64,000 bases of DNA from NCBI GenBank assembly GCA_963674745.2, contig CAXXDV010000002.1, forward strand, positions 1 to 64,000, in the 5' to 3' direction. The position numbers and the translations under genes were made by a program. This stretch comes from Desulfosudaceae bacterium (GTDB lineage Bacteria > Desulfobacterota > Desulfobacteria > Desulfobacterales > Desulfosudaceae). Below are positions 42,028 to 50,971 of the stretch, one piece after another; the stretch's first letter is position 1, and every line of letters starts with the position of its first letter. Under the pieces are notes generated by a model. That model searched no databases and was not told where the DNA came from. It was given only the letters and a program-made list of their open reading frames with translations.

Positions 42028-42597
42028 TTACCGGTTCTTATCGACGCTTTCCGGTATCAGGTCGGCCAGCGTCATCATTTTTTCCACAGGTTTGCCTTCA
42101 TTCCGGCCGGCGGATTCCGGAACCGGGATCTGCCGTTTGATGGATGAAAAAAGCATATTGGCCAGGATATAAAGCGGTATAAAGGTTGCCAGGTATCCGA
42201 CCGAATAGCCGGTTGTCGAAAATGGGAACACGACCTCGGAAAATCGCAAGTCCAGCCAGGCCAGTGCAAACGGCACCGGCCAGAGGGTAGACATGCCCAT
42301 GGCGATTTGTCCGAAAAAGTACTTTCCGAAGGCATCATTGGCTTCTTTGTTGCAGGCCTTGTAGGCGGCCTTGTTTTTGAAAGAAAGCGCTTTTAAGGAA
42401 AGGTTGTGCATATGGACCATTTCCCGTTGGTTGGCGTAAATCCATTTTCGGTTCCACCCGGCCAGCAGGCCGTGAGTCATCCGGCCGATCAGGACACAGA
42501 ACAGGGATAGACAGAACGTGCCGAAGAGATATCCGAAGATCGGCGTCTCGAACACCCGGTAGAAAGAGATTAAAAACATATCAATATAATAGATCAT
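42028..42597 (-). CDS. Hypothetical membrane protein (TM - helical hairpin - 2 TM)
   Basis: 189-aa ORF between TauE and the two-component genes. Confidence 0.75.
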   Translation of the reverse strand: MIYYIDMFLISFYRVFETPIFGYLFGTFCLSLFCVLIGRMTHGLLAGWNRKWIYANQREMVHMHNLSLKALSFKNKAAYKACNKEANDAFGKYFFGQIAMGMSTLWPVPFALAWLDLRFSEVVFPFSTTGYSVGYLATFIPLYILANMLFSSIKRQIPVPESAGRNEGKPVEKMMTLADLIPESVDKNR

Positions 42598-42664
42598 GGT
42601 TTGGCCTGATTATGATATCGTCAAAATAGCGTTAAATGGTTAAAAAATCAACATTTGCCCTCTT

Positions 42665-43828
42665 TTAGAACGGGGGAACCACGCTGAATCCCAAAAATCC
42701 TTTGGTGGTGTATCGTAGGCCGACATATAGGGCGAGCACGACAAAAAGCCGTTTCAACCAGATATCGGGAATATATTTAGATGTACGGGGGCCGATCATG
42801 GAACCGACAAAAACACCCACCAGTTCGATCCCGATCAGGGGCCAGAAAACCGGTACGCCTTTCATCACCATGTAAGTGAAAATACTGGTGACCATGCCCA
42901 CCAGAACCGCCAGTGAAGATGTCCCGGCCACCAGAAACATGGGCAGGCCGGCAATGCTGGTCAAAAACGGAACAAACAGGAAGCCGCCGCCCACACCAAG
43001 AAAAGAAGCGATGGCGGCAATGATAAACCCCCCGATGACCGGGATGATCGGTTTGAAGCTGAACTCCACACCGTAGAATGAAAACCGAACTTTTTTCAGA
43101 GACCACTCGATGACCTTGACGCCGCTGTCTTCCGGGTTTACCGAGGCGCTTTTTTTAATGTGAGCGTTTTCAAACGCTTCAGCCGCCGCCTTGGCTTCTT
43201 TTTTCCGCCCCTGGCCTCTCGGTGTGGTTTCATAGAACAGGAACCCTCCGAGGACAAAAACAATGATGCCGAAATAGCCGAGATAGGCTTTTAAGGAAAT
43301 TTTGCCGGCGGTAATAATGGGGATCAGGTAGCTGCCGGTGACAGAGCCGATGGCCAGGGCAATCCCTAAAGGAAGGACCAGTCGGCCCATCCGGTAATAA
43401 TTGAGGCTGCCGACCAGGGCGCTTAATCCTCCCATCCACTGGTTGGACACCCGGATGCTGTCGGTGATCATTTTGTTGAGCACGGGCGATGTTTCTTGAA
43501 ACGTTTTGCCGTAATCGGCCAGCCCGAAAACCGTAATATGCCCCACGCCTGACATAATACCGCCGAATGCGCCAACGGTAGAAAAAATCCAGCCCACCCA
43601 GACGGCCCACAAAAAGGCGATCACAAGGCCGGGATCCGGCGCGCCGGGAATACCCAGAAATCCTGTCGGTGCGGTGGTGTCGATTTCACCGGCACCGGTA
43701 CCTGTCGGGGTTGCCGCGATGGCCGCCTCTAGTGATTCGGCCTGTGTGGTGGCCGGTAAAACAAGTGGTGTGATGATCATCATCAATAATATGCCCATAA
43801 AAATCATTTTGTTTTGGCTTTTACTCAC
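42665..43828 (-). CDS. TauE/SafE-family sulfur-oxyanion transporter with N-terminal extension
   Basis: GAFGGIMSG and FLGVGGGFLFVPFL..AGTS repeats; GSMIGP; AGGAGG-like RBS before the GTG start. Confidence 0.88.
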   Translation of the reverse strand: MSKSQNKMIFMGILLMMIITPLVLPATTQAESLEAAIAATPTGTGAGEIDTTAPTGFLGIPGAPDPGLVIAFLWAVWVGWIFSTVGAFGGIMSGVGHITVFGLADYGKTFQETSPVLNKMITDSIRVSNQWMGGLSALVGSLNYYRMGRLVLPLGIALAIGSVTGSYLIPIITAGKISLKAYLGYFGIIVFVLGGFLFYETTPRGQGRKKEAKAAAEAFENAHIKKSASVNPEDSGVKVIEWSLKKVRFSFYGVEFSFKPIIPVIGGFIIAAIASFLGVGGGFLFVPFLTSIAGLPMFLVAGTSSLAVLVGMVTSIFTYMVMKGVPVFWPLIGIELVGVFVGSMIGPRTSKYIPDIWLKRLFVVLALYVGLRYTTKGFLGFSVVPPF

Positions 43829-43889
43829 GGATAGCCTCCTTCAATTAATGGAAAATTATTTGCCAAAAATACTTTTGCTTAAAATGGAG

Positions 43890-43905
43890 AGCAAGTGGTG
43901 TGCCA
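43890..43905 (-). promoter_or_regulatory. Sigma54 -24/-12 promoter for the tauE operon
   Basis: Minus strand reads TGGCAC-ACCAC-TTGCT, a consensus match, 62 nt above the start. Confidence 0.88.
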
Positions 43906-44257
43906 TTTGGGGCGATGCGGGGTCTAAAATAAAAATGTCCTTTTAAAAAAGACCGTTAGAAATAACCAGGGGCGCCGGGTGCAAAAAAAAAAATTAAAAA
44001 AAAGGGTTGCTGATAAAAATTTTTGGAACTATTGTCCTATTTTTATTGCACTTTTTTATATTTATTTGAAATATAACGGGTTTTTGTGGCAATATAATTA
44101 TTTCACTGAATTCTTTTTGTTGCATTAAAAGCGGTTCACATTCTTTTAAGCCTGTGACCCGATGCCGAGACTCATATTCTTATTCTTGAAATTATTAGTT
44201 ATTATACTTTTAATAGCCCGCCGTTTTTTTATTTCAGCCATTGTCGGCCTTTTTTCT

Positions 44258-44272
44258 TGGTATGGATATTGC
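44258..44272 (+). promoter_or_regulatory. Sigma54 -24/-12 promoter for the molybdoenzyme operon
   Basis: TGGTAT-GGATA-TTGC (GG-N10-GC), 65 nt above ATG 44337. Confidence 0.75.
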
Positions 44273-44336
44273 GAATTAAATTTTTCCAAGTCTGATCGAT
44301 AAACGCAAAACAGAAAGATATACGGAGGTTTAAAAA

Positions 44337-46463
44337 ATGGCGCATCAGACGGTTTTCAGCGTATGCGGCATGTGCACAGTCCGCTGTCCCATCATAGCGG
44401 ATGTAAAAGACGGCCGGCTTCTTTGCCTGCGGGGGAATCCCCATGCACCGGGTATGAGCAGGGGCATTTGCGCCCGGGGGGCTGCGGGAATTGCCCTGGT
44501 GGAGGATAATGAACGACCCCGGACCCCGCTGATTAGAAAGGGAAACCGGGGGGAAGGCAAATGGCGGAAGGCCTCCTGGGATGAGGCCTTTGATTATGTG
44601 ACCGAGAAGCTGACCGGGATTTTTGATGAACACGGCCCCCGCAGCCTTTTGTTGACCGATCGGGGCGGGCCTTTTCGGGACATGCACCGGGCCTTTTTAC
44701 GCGGGCTGGGGACGCCCAACTATTGCAATCATGACGGTTCCTGCGCCCGCAACGTTCAGCACGCGGCCCTGTCGGTTTTTGGCTCCGGGCGCAAAGATGT
44801 GGTTTATGATTTAAAAAACGCCCGCCATGTGGTGTTGCAGACCCGTAACCTGTTTGAAGCCATTAACGTGCGCGAAGTCAATGAACTTACCGCCGCGCTG
44901 GAGGCCGGCTGCCGGCTGTCCGTGATTGACATCCGCAGCACCGTATCGGCCACCCGGGCTCACAATTTTTTCCAGGTCCGGCCGGGTACGGACTATGCCT
45001 TCAACCTGGCCGTGATTCATGAACTCATCGACAAAAAACTGTACGATGTCGGCTTCGTGGAAAAGTATGTGGCGGATTTTGACCGGCTGGAAGATTTTGT
45101 CCGGTTATGTACGCCGGAATGGGCTGAAAAAGAGACGGGTGTTTCCGCACTTCGGCTTCGTGCGTTTGTAAAGGAACTGGCCGAAGCCGCTCCGGCTGTT
45201 CTGTGGCATCCGGGCTGGATGACGGCCCGTTACCGCAACTCTTTTTATGTTTCCCGCAGCATCTATATTATTAACGCCCTGCTGGGTTCTGTGGGCGCTA
45301 AAGGCGGATTGCCGATTACCAACAAGCCGGCGGATTACAATCGTTCAGGGCTTTCGAAGTTTATGGACCTTTATGAAAAGCCCTCGGAAAAACGAGCTGA
45401 CGGGGCAGGATGGAAGTATCCCCATTTTGAACCAGGCCCCGGTGTCACCCATCTGGCATACAAGGCCATTGAAACCCAGGACCCTTATCCCGTAAAAGCC
45501 TATATCGCCTGGCGGCATGATCCGCTCATGGGGTGCGCCGATCCCGACCACATGATGAAAGTGTTTTCCAATCTGGATCTTCTGGTCTCGGTCACCTTCT
45601 CCTGGTCGGACACGGCCTGGTTTTCCGACGTGGTACTGCCCCTGTCACCCTATCCGGAGCGGGAAAGTATCCTGGCCTGTAAAAACGACCTGGTGCCGTA
45701 CCTGTTCATGCGTAAGCGGGCGGTGGAACCCCGGTATGACACCAAAGCCGACTGGGAGATTGTCTCCGGTTTGGCCCGACGCCTGGGGCTAAAAGAGCTG
45801 GTCTATGATTCAGTAGAAGATATATGGAATTTTCAGCTTCAGGGAACCGGTATCGATTTAAGCGATTTTGATGAGCAGGGAGTGGTGCTGCTGGGAGAAA
45901 AGATTCTGTATCGGGATCGGGGAAACATGACCTTTAAAACACCTTCCGGAAAAATTGAAATCATCAGCCAGCGGCTGGAGGAACAGGGGCTTTCTTCTCT
46001 GGCGCCATATGAATCCCCCATCCGGCCGCCCAGGGGGGCTTTCCGTTTAACTTTCGGGAGATGCGGTGTTCACACCCAGGGACATACGGTCAATAACCCG
46101 CTGCTGTTTGAGCAGATGCCGGAAAATGTGCTCTGGATTAATGATAAGGCAGCCGAAAAGCTGGGTATTGCCGATGATGATCTGGTGGAAGTGGGCAATG
46201 CCGACGGATATACCGAGACGATTCGGGCCAGGGTCACCGATCAGATTCATCCTGATGCGGTTTTTACCGTCCACGGCTTCGGCCATCGTCTGCCGGTTGA
46301 AAGCAGGGCCAGGGGCCGGGGGCTGGCGGATAACCGGTTCATGCCGCGAGGCAATGATATCTGGGACAAGGCCGGGGGTGCCGTGGCGTTTCAGGAACAT
46401 TTCGTAACCGTGAAAAAAGCATCTGAAGACACCTTGCCTGAGGATAAAAGGAGCGTAAAATGA
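44337..46463 (+). CDS. Molybdopterin oxidoreductase catalytic subunit, thiosulfate/polysulfide reductase (PhsA/PsrA)-like, no Tat signal
   Basis: CGMCTVRC..ICARG Fe-S motif, HDGSC (probable Cys Mo ligand), VRPGTD, SDTAWFSDVVLP, TPSGKIE, HGFG. Confidence 0.85.
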   Translation: MAHQTVFSVCGMCTVRCPIIADVKDGRLLCLRGNPHAPGMSRGICARGAAGIALVEDNERPRTPLIRKGNRGEGKWRKASWDEAFDYVTEKLTGIFDEHGPRSLLLTDRGGPFRDMHRAFLRGLGTPNYCNHDGSCARNVQHAALSVFGSGRKDVVYDLKNARHVVLQTRNLFEAINVREVNELTAALEAGCRLSVIDIRSTVSATRAHNFFQVRPGTDYAFNLAVIHELIDKKLYDVGFVEKYVADFDRLEDFVRLCTPEWAEKETGVSALRLRAFVKELAEAAPAVLWHPGWMTARYRNSFYVSRSIYIINALLGSVGAKGGLPITNKPADYNRSGLSKFMDLYEKPSEKRADGAGWKYPHFEPGPGVTHLAYKAIETQDPYPVKAYIAWRHDPLMGCADPDHMMKVFSNLDLLVSVTFSWSDTAWFSDVVLPLSPYPERESILACKNDLVPYLFMRKRAVEPRYDTKADWEIVSGLARRLGLKELVYDSVEDIWNFQLQGTGIDLSDFDEQGVVLLGEKILYRDRGNMTFKTPSGKIEIISQRLEEQGLSSLAPYESPIRPPRGAFRLTFGRCGVHTQGHTVNNPLLFEQMPENVLWINDKAAEKLGIADDDLVEVGNADGYTETIRARVTDQIHPDAVFTVHGFGHRLPVESRARGRGLADNRFMPRGNDIWDKAGGAVAFQEHFVTVKKASEDTLPEDKRSVK

Positions 46464-46966
46464 GTCAGTATTCCCTGATACAGGACAGCGTTAAATGCGT
46501 TCGGTGTCATGCCTGTGAAGTACAGTGTAAAGTCAACAAGGGGCTTCCGCAAGGTCCACGGCTCTGCCAGGTGGTTGAAGTGGGGCCGAAACTGGTGGGC
46601 GACCGCCCCCGGGCCTCTTATGTCTATATGTCCTGCTTTCACTGCGAAAAGCCATGGTGTCTGGCGGCCTGCCCCACCGGGGCCATGCAGAAACGGGATG
46701 ATGGCATCGTTTTTATCGATCACGATGAGTGCGTGGGGTGTAAAGCCTGTATACGGGCCTGTCCCTGGGGCGCGCCCCAGTGGGACCCGGAAAGAAAATT
46801 GGTAGTAAAATGTGATTTTTGTATGGACCGGATTGACCATGGCCTGGACCCGGCCTGCGTGGAAGCCTGTATTACCGGATGCCTGAGTTTCGGTAAGGCC
46901 AATGAATTGCCGCAGACCCGCCGGGAACGACATGCCCGGATCGTGTCTGAAGGTGATTTCGAATAG
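46460..46966 (+). CDS. 4Fe-4S dicluster electron-transfer subunit (PhsB/PsrB/DmsB-like)
   Basis: CVRCHACEVQC, CFHCEKPWCLAACP, CVGCKACIRACP, KCDFC..PACVEAC. Confidence 0.92.
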   Translation: MSQYSLIQDSVKCVRCHACEVQCKVNKGLPQGPRLCQVVEVGPKLVGDRPRASYVYMSCFHCEKPWCLAACPTGAMQKRDDGIVFIDHDECVGCKACIRACPWGAPQWDPERKLVVKCDFCMDRIDHGLDPACVEACITGCLSFGKANELPQTRRERHARIVSEGDFE

Positions 46967-46977
46967 AGGAGAAACGT

Positions 46978-49143
46978 ATGGCAAATAACGGCTGCCCTGT
47001 CCATAATACGCTCTCCTTCCTGAGAGATGCCATTGAAGGCGGGGCTTTCAAGATTCCCAAAACCAGGCGTATTGCCTTGGAAGTCATGGAACTGGTAGAG
47101 GATCTGGCCAGGGGCCGTGGCGGGCCCGAACATGTGCCGGCCCTGGAATCCTGTGTAGATGAACTTGTGGCCAATGCCTCGGACGGGGAAGCCGGCCAGG
47201 CGGCCCAAAAAGTGCAGATCAGCCTGCTGCAGTTTCGAGAGGTCTTTGAGAGCCATGCCGAGACCCATACCTGCGCCGGCGGTGATTGTGTCCGCCTGAC
47301 ACCGGCGCCCTGCCAGTTGGCCTGTCCGGCGGGAATTGATATTCCCTCTTACCTGACCCTGGTGGGCCAGGGGCGGTATGCCGAAGCGGTTAAGGTGATT
47401 CGTGAAGACAACCCATTCCCCTGGGTGTGCGGGCTGGTCTGTACCCACCCTTGCGAGTTCATGTGCGTTCGGGCCCGGATGGATTCTTCTGTGGCTATCA
47501 TGGATTTAAAGGGCGTGGCCGCGGAAAAGGCCATGTCGGCCCGGCAATACCGTAACCCGGAACCCGCCCCGGATAACGGCCACAAGGTTTGTGTTATCGG
47601 TGCCGGTCCGGGTGGACTGACAGCGGCATATTATCTGGCGCTCAAGGGGTACCGGGTAACCATCATCGAAGCCCTGCCGGTTTCCGGCGGCATGATGATG
47701 GTGGGAATTCCCCGTTACCGGCTGCCGCGGGAGGTGATCGATCGGGAAGTGTCCATGATCGAGGCGCTCGGCGTGGAATTTCGTTATAACACGTGCCTGG
47801 GAAAAGATATTACACTTGAAGATCTGCGTGGAGAAGGCTTTGAGGCTTATCTACTGGCTATTGGTGCGCATGGTTCGTATAAATTGATGATCCCCGGAGA
47901 GGAAGATTACCTTCAGGTCTTTCCGGCTGTGGATTTCTTGCGCCGGGTATCTCTGGGCGATCACCGGCCGCCGGGCCGTCGGGTGGCGGTTATCGGCGGC
48001 GGCAATGTCGCCATTGATGCGGCCCGGACTTGTCTGCGCCTGGGCAGTGAGGAAGTAACCATTCTTTACCGGCGGACACATGATCAGATGCCGGCCCATC
48101 ATGAGGAAGTGGTCGAGGCCGAGGAAGAAGGAATTCATTTCTCGTTTCTGACGATCCCCAAAAAAATCGTCGGGGAAAACGGCAGTGTTAAAGCGATTGT
48201 GTGCGTTCGGGCCGCATTAAGCCCGCCGGACGAAGCCGGGCGGCAGCGCCCCGTCCCTCTGGAGGGGAGCGAATATGAAATGGCCGTGGATACGGTTATT
48301 CCGGCCATCGGTCAGGAAATAGACGGCCGGGGGCTGGAAGGATTTCAAAGTATGCAGTGGACCCGGCGAAACACCATTCATGTCAATACCATCAGTATGG
48401 AAACGGATCAGGAAGGCGTGTTTGCCGTGGGTGACGCGGTAACCGGACCGGCCACGGTGGTTGAGGCTATTGCCGGCGGTAAGAAAGCGGCCATTGCCAT
48501 TCATCGCTATTTTGAAAAACTGCCCCAGCCGCAATTCCCGCCCGCGCCCACGCGGCGGCGGCGCATGAATTTTTTCCAGGTCCCGGCGGGCCTGAAGAAC
48601 GATTTAAAACGGGTGCAGATGCCGTTTTTGAATAATGACCGGCGGCGGATCACCTTTCAGCAGGTGCGATTGGGATTGGATGATACCCAGGCTGCCAATG
48701 AAGCCAGGCGATGTTTAAGGTGTGACGTATGTATCCGGTGCGGCCGGTGTGTTGAAATCTGCCGGGACAAGATGGGGATCGGCGCGCTGGAACTCGGCTA
48801 CATGAATTTTGATCATCCCGGTCTCACGGATTTCAAAATCACGGCCGAGCGCTGCATCGCCTGCGGGGCCTGCGCCGCCAACTGCCCCACCGGTGCCATG
48901 CAGATGACGGACCAGGAGGGGTTCCGGGTGCTTTCCCTGTGTGGAACGGAACTGAACCGTCTGGAACTTGAATATTGCCGGACCTGCGGGGCGGTTATCG
49001 GCCCCGCCCGTTATCATGATTATGTCACGCAACGGATAAGGGAAATCAGTCCCCAGCTGGATGACGCCCGGATGTGCCTGGACTGCGCCCGAAAATCAAC
49101 CGGCCGGGTTCAGGCGGAAATCGAGCCGCCGGAAAATATCTGA
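46978..49143 (+). CDS. GltD/NfnB-like FAD/NAD(P)H oxidoreductase with extra C-terminal Fe-S clusters
   Basis: PCQLACP, CGLVCTHPCEFMC, GAGPGG, GIPRYRLP, GGGNVAIDAAR, YRRT, CIRCGRCVEIC, CIACGACAANCP. Confidence 0.9.
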   Translation: MANNGCPVHNTLSFLRDAIEGGAFKIPKTRRIALEVMELVEDLARGRGGPEHVPALESCVDELVANASDGEAGQAAQKVQISLLQFREVFESHAETHTCAGGDCVRLTPAPCQLACPAGIDIPSYLTLVGQGRYAEAVKVIREDNPFPWVCGLVCTHPCEFMCVRARMDSSVAIMDLKGVAAEKAMSARQYRNPEPAPDNGHKVCVIGAGPGGLTAAYYLALKGYRVTIIEALPVSGGMMMVGIPRYRLPREVIDREVSMIEALGVEFRYNTCLGKDITLEDLRGEGFEAYLLAIGAHGSYKLMIPGEEDYLQVFPAVDFLRRVSLGDHRPPGRRVAVIGGGNVAIDAARTCLRLGSEEVTILYRRTHDQMPAHHEEVVEAEEEGIHFSFLTIPKKIVGENGSVKAIVCVRAALSPPDEAGRQRPVPLEGSEYEMAVDTVIPAIGQEIDGRGLEGFQSMQWTRRNTIHVNTISMETDQEGVFAVGDAVTGPATVVEAIAGGKKAAIAIHRYFEKLPQPQFPPAPTRRRRMNFFQVPAGLKNDLKRVQMPFLNNDRRRITFQQVRLGLDDTQAANEARRCLRCDVCIRCGRCVEICRDKMGIGALELGYMNFDHPGLTDFKITAERCIACGACAANCPTGAMQMTDQEGFRVLSLCGTELNRLELEYCRTCGAVIGPARYHDYVTQRIREISPQLDDARMCLDCARKSTGRVQAEIEPPENI

Positions 49144-49183
49144 CGCTGCAGGCGCAATCAATTTTTTTGAGAGGTTGAAGACT

Positions 49184-49393
49184 ATGGTTTTTAGAAATGG
49201 CCAGAAAGTGGAAATTGTCAGACGGTCGGCGGATGAAAGCTGGGAGCCTTATATGGATGCCTTTATCGGACTTCACGGTATTATTACCGATCCGGACGCA
49301 GCCAAAAATGATCCGGATGCCCTGGTGGAAGTCAGCCTGGACGAAAAGGGAACCCACCGCTTTCCCCAGGATTGTCTGCGGGTTCTACCTTGA
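49184..49393 (+). CDS. 69-aa hypothetical protein (possible SH3/KOW-like beta barrel)
   Basis: GAGG RBS then MVFRNGQKVEIV...GIIT...VEVSL...HRFPQDCLRVL. Confidence 0.65.
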   Translation: MVFRNGQKVEIVRRSADESWEPYMDAFIGLHGIITDPDAAKNDPDALVEVSLDEKGTHRFPQDCLRVLP

Positions 49394-49468
49394 CCCCTTT
49401 CAGGAGCCGTCAACTGTAATGAAAAATTTATAATGGGTTTACGATAACCGATCGTATCGGAGGCATGC

Positions 49469-50971
49469 ATGCGGCTAAACCAGCGGTTTTTATTGTTAAC
49501 GGCCTTTTTCGGCCTGATGATTGGCCTGGCTGTGTCCGTGGGTGCGGCTGATAGTCCTAAAAGAACCATCAGGGGAAACATGACGGAGAACTACAAGATC
49601 CTCCCCGGCGAAGCGGACAGCATTTTCGATATGTTTTCACAGGGTGTTTTCTACGGTCGGATTCGCATTAATACGTTCCGGTGGGAGTGGGAAGAGGAGA
49701 CCACCAAAAGTAAGGACAACTGGGCGGTCGGCGTCGGCGGCAGCCTGATCTTTAAATCCGCCTATCTGCACGGCCTTGGAATGACGGCTGGTCTTTACAC
49801 ATCCCAGAATCCCTGGCGTATGGATGAATATGATGTGGGCTTTATCAAGTCCGGTAAGGATGTCCTTTCACGGCACAAGGTCGCCACGCACAATGAGTTC
49901 GGCATGACGGCGCTGGCCCAGGCCTTTGTCGAATACAAATACAATAAATCGGGCATCAGGGTGGGGCGCCAGATTTTTGAGAGCCTGCTGACGAAATCCA
50001 ACGATACCAAAATGATCCCCAATACCTTTAACGGGATTTCTCTGACCAGCCAATTGGTGCCTGATACGTCGTTTAAGGCGGCCTATTTTACAAAGCAGAA
50101 ACTGAGGGACCACACCTCTTTTCATCATGTCCTGGCCTATGGTGATCAGGCGGATGACGACGTTGCCAAATGGAACGAAAATGATGATTCGGCCATGCAC
50201 AAAGGGATCACGACCTCCAGGCTGGAGGCGAAAAATATTCATGACCGCCTCGTTATTGTTGAAGCGACAAACAAAACCCTCCCCAACCTTTCGGTAATGG
50301 TAAACTACACTGCGGTACCTGACCTGATATGGACCGCTACCGGAGAACTGAACTACGCCATTAAATTCGACAACGGGATACAAGTTGTGCCGGGGTTCAG
50401 GTACCTGCAGCAGTTTGACAGAAATGCCGGGACCATCGGCGGTGCTTCGTTGAAGGCCAAAATTTCCCAAACAGACAGCCGGGGATATGAACATCCTTTT
50501 GATATGGACGGTAAGCTCTATACTCTCCGGGTGAATGTAAAAAAAGGCGCTGGGAGTGTTCTGTTCGGGTATTCAAAAGTGGCCAATGAAGCGGACCTGC
50601 TGACGCCCTGGCGAGGTTTTCCCACCGGCGGGTATACCCGGGCCATGGCCCAGTATAACTGGTATGCCAAAACGGCAACCTTCATGGCCCAGTTTAAATA
50701 TGATTTTGACAAGGCCGAACTTGTTCCGGGCTTAAGCGCCATGATCCGGTATGCTAGCCAGGACTTTGACGACAATAAGCCGGATGTTCAGGCCGATACC
50801 GATGTTTATACCCTGGACCTGATACAGAATATATGGGCTGTTCCCGGCCTTATGCTTAAATGCCGGATTGCGGTTGTCAGGGGGGATGACGATACGGTCG
50901 ACATGAACGGGCAGGAGAAGTCGGATCCGTCATATAACGAGTATCGTTTTGGGATAAACTATCTGTTTTGA
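49469..50971 (+). CDS. OprD-like outer-membrane porin
   Basis: Signal peptide; GRQIFES..NDTKMIPNTF; C-terminal EYRFGINYLF beta-signal. Confidence 0.8.
   Translation: MRLNQRFLLLTAFFGLMIGLAVSVGAADSPKRTIRGNMTENYKILPGEADSIFDMFSQGVFYGRIRINTFRWEWEEETTKSKDNWAVGVGGSLIFKSAYLHGLGMTAGLYTSQNPWRMDEYDVGFIKSGKDVLSRHKVATHNEFGMTALAQAFVEYKYNKSGIRVGRQIFESLLTKSNDTKMIPNTFNGISLTSQLVPDTSFKAAYFTKQKLRDHTSFHHVLAYGDQADDDVAKWNENDDSAMHKGITTSRLEAKNIHDRLVIVEATNKTLPNLSVMVNYTAVPDLIWTATGELNYAIKFDNGIQVVPGFRYLQQFDRNAGTIGGASLKAKISQTDSRGYEHPFDMDGKLYTLRVNVKKGAGSVLFGYSKVANEADLLTPWRGFPTGGYTRAMAQYNWYAKTATFMAQFKYDFDKAELVPGLSAMIRYASQDFDDNKPDVQADTDVYTLDLIQNIWAVPGLMLKCRIAVVRGDDDTVDMNGQEKSDPSYNEYRFGINYLF

Noticed and set aside
43984..44002. 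Poly-A tracts as a phase-variable switch
   Set aside because: They are more simply explained as DNA-bending or enhancer spacer sequence between two sigma54 promoters; a single sequence cannot show length variation
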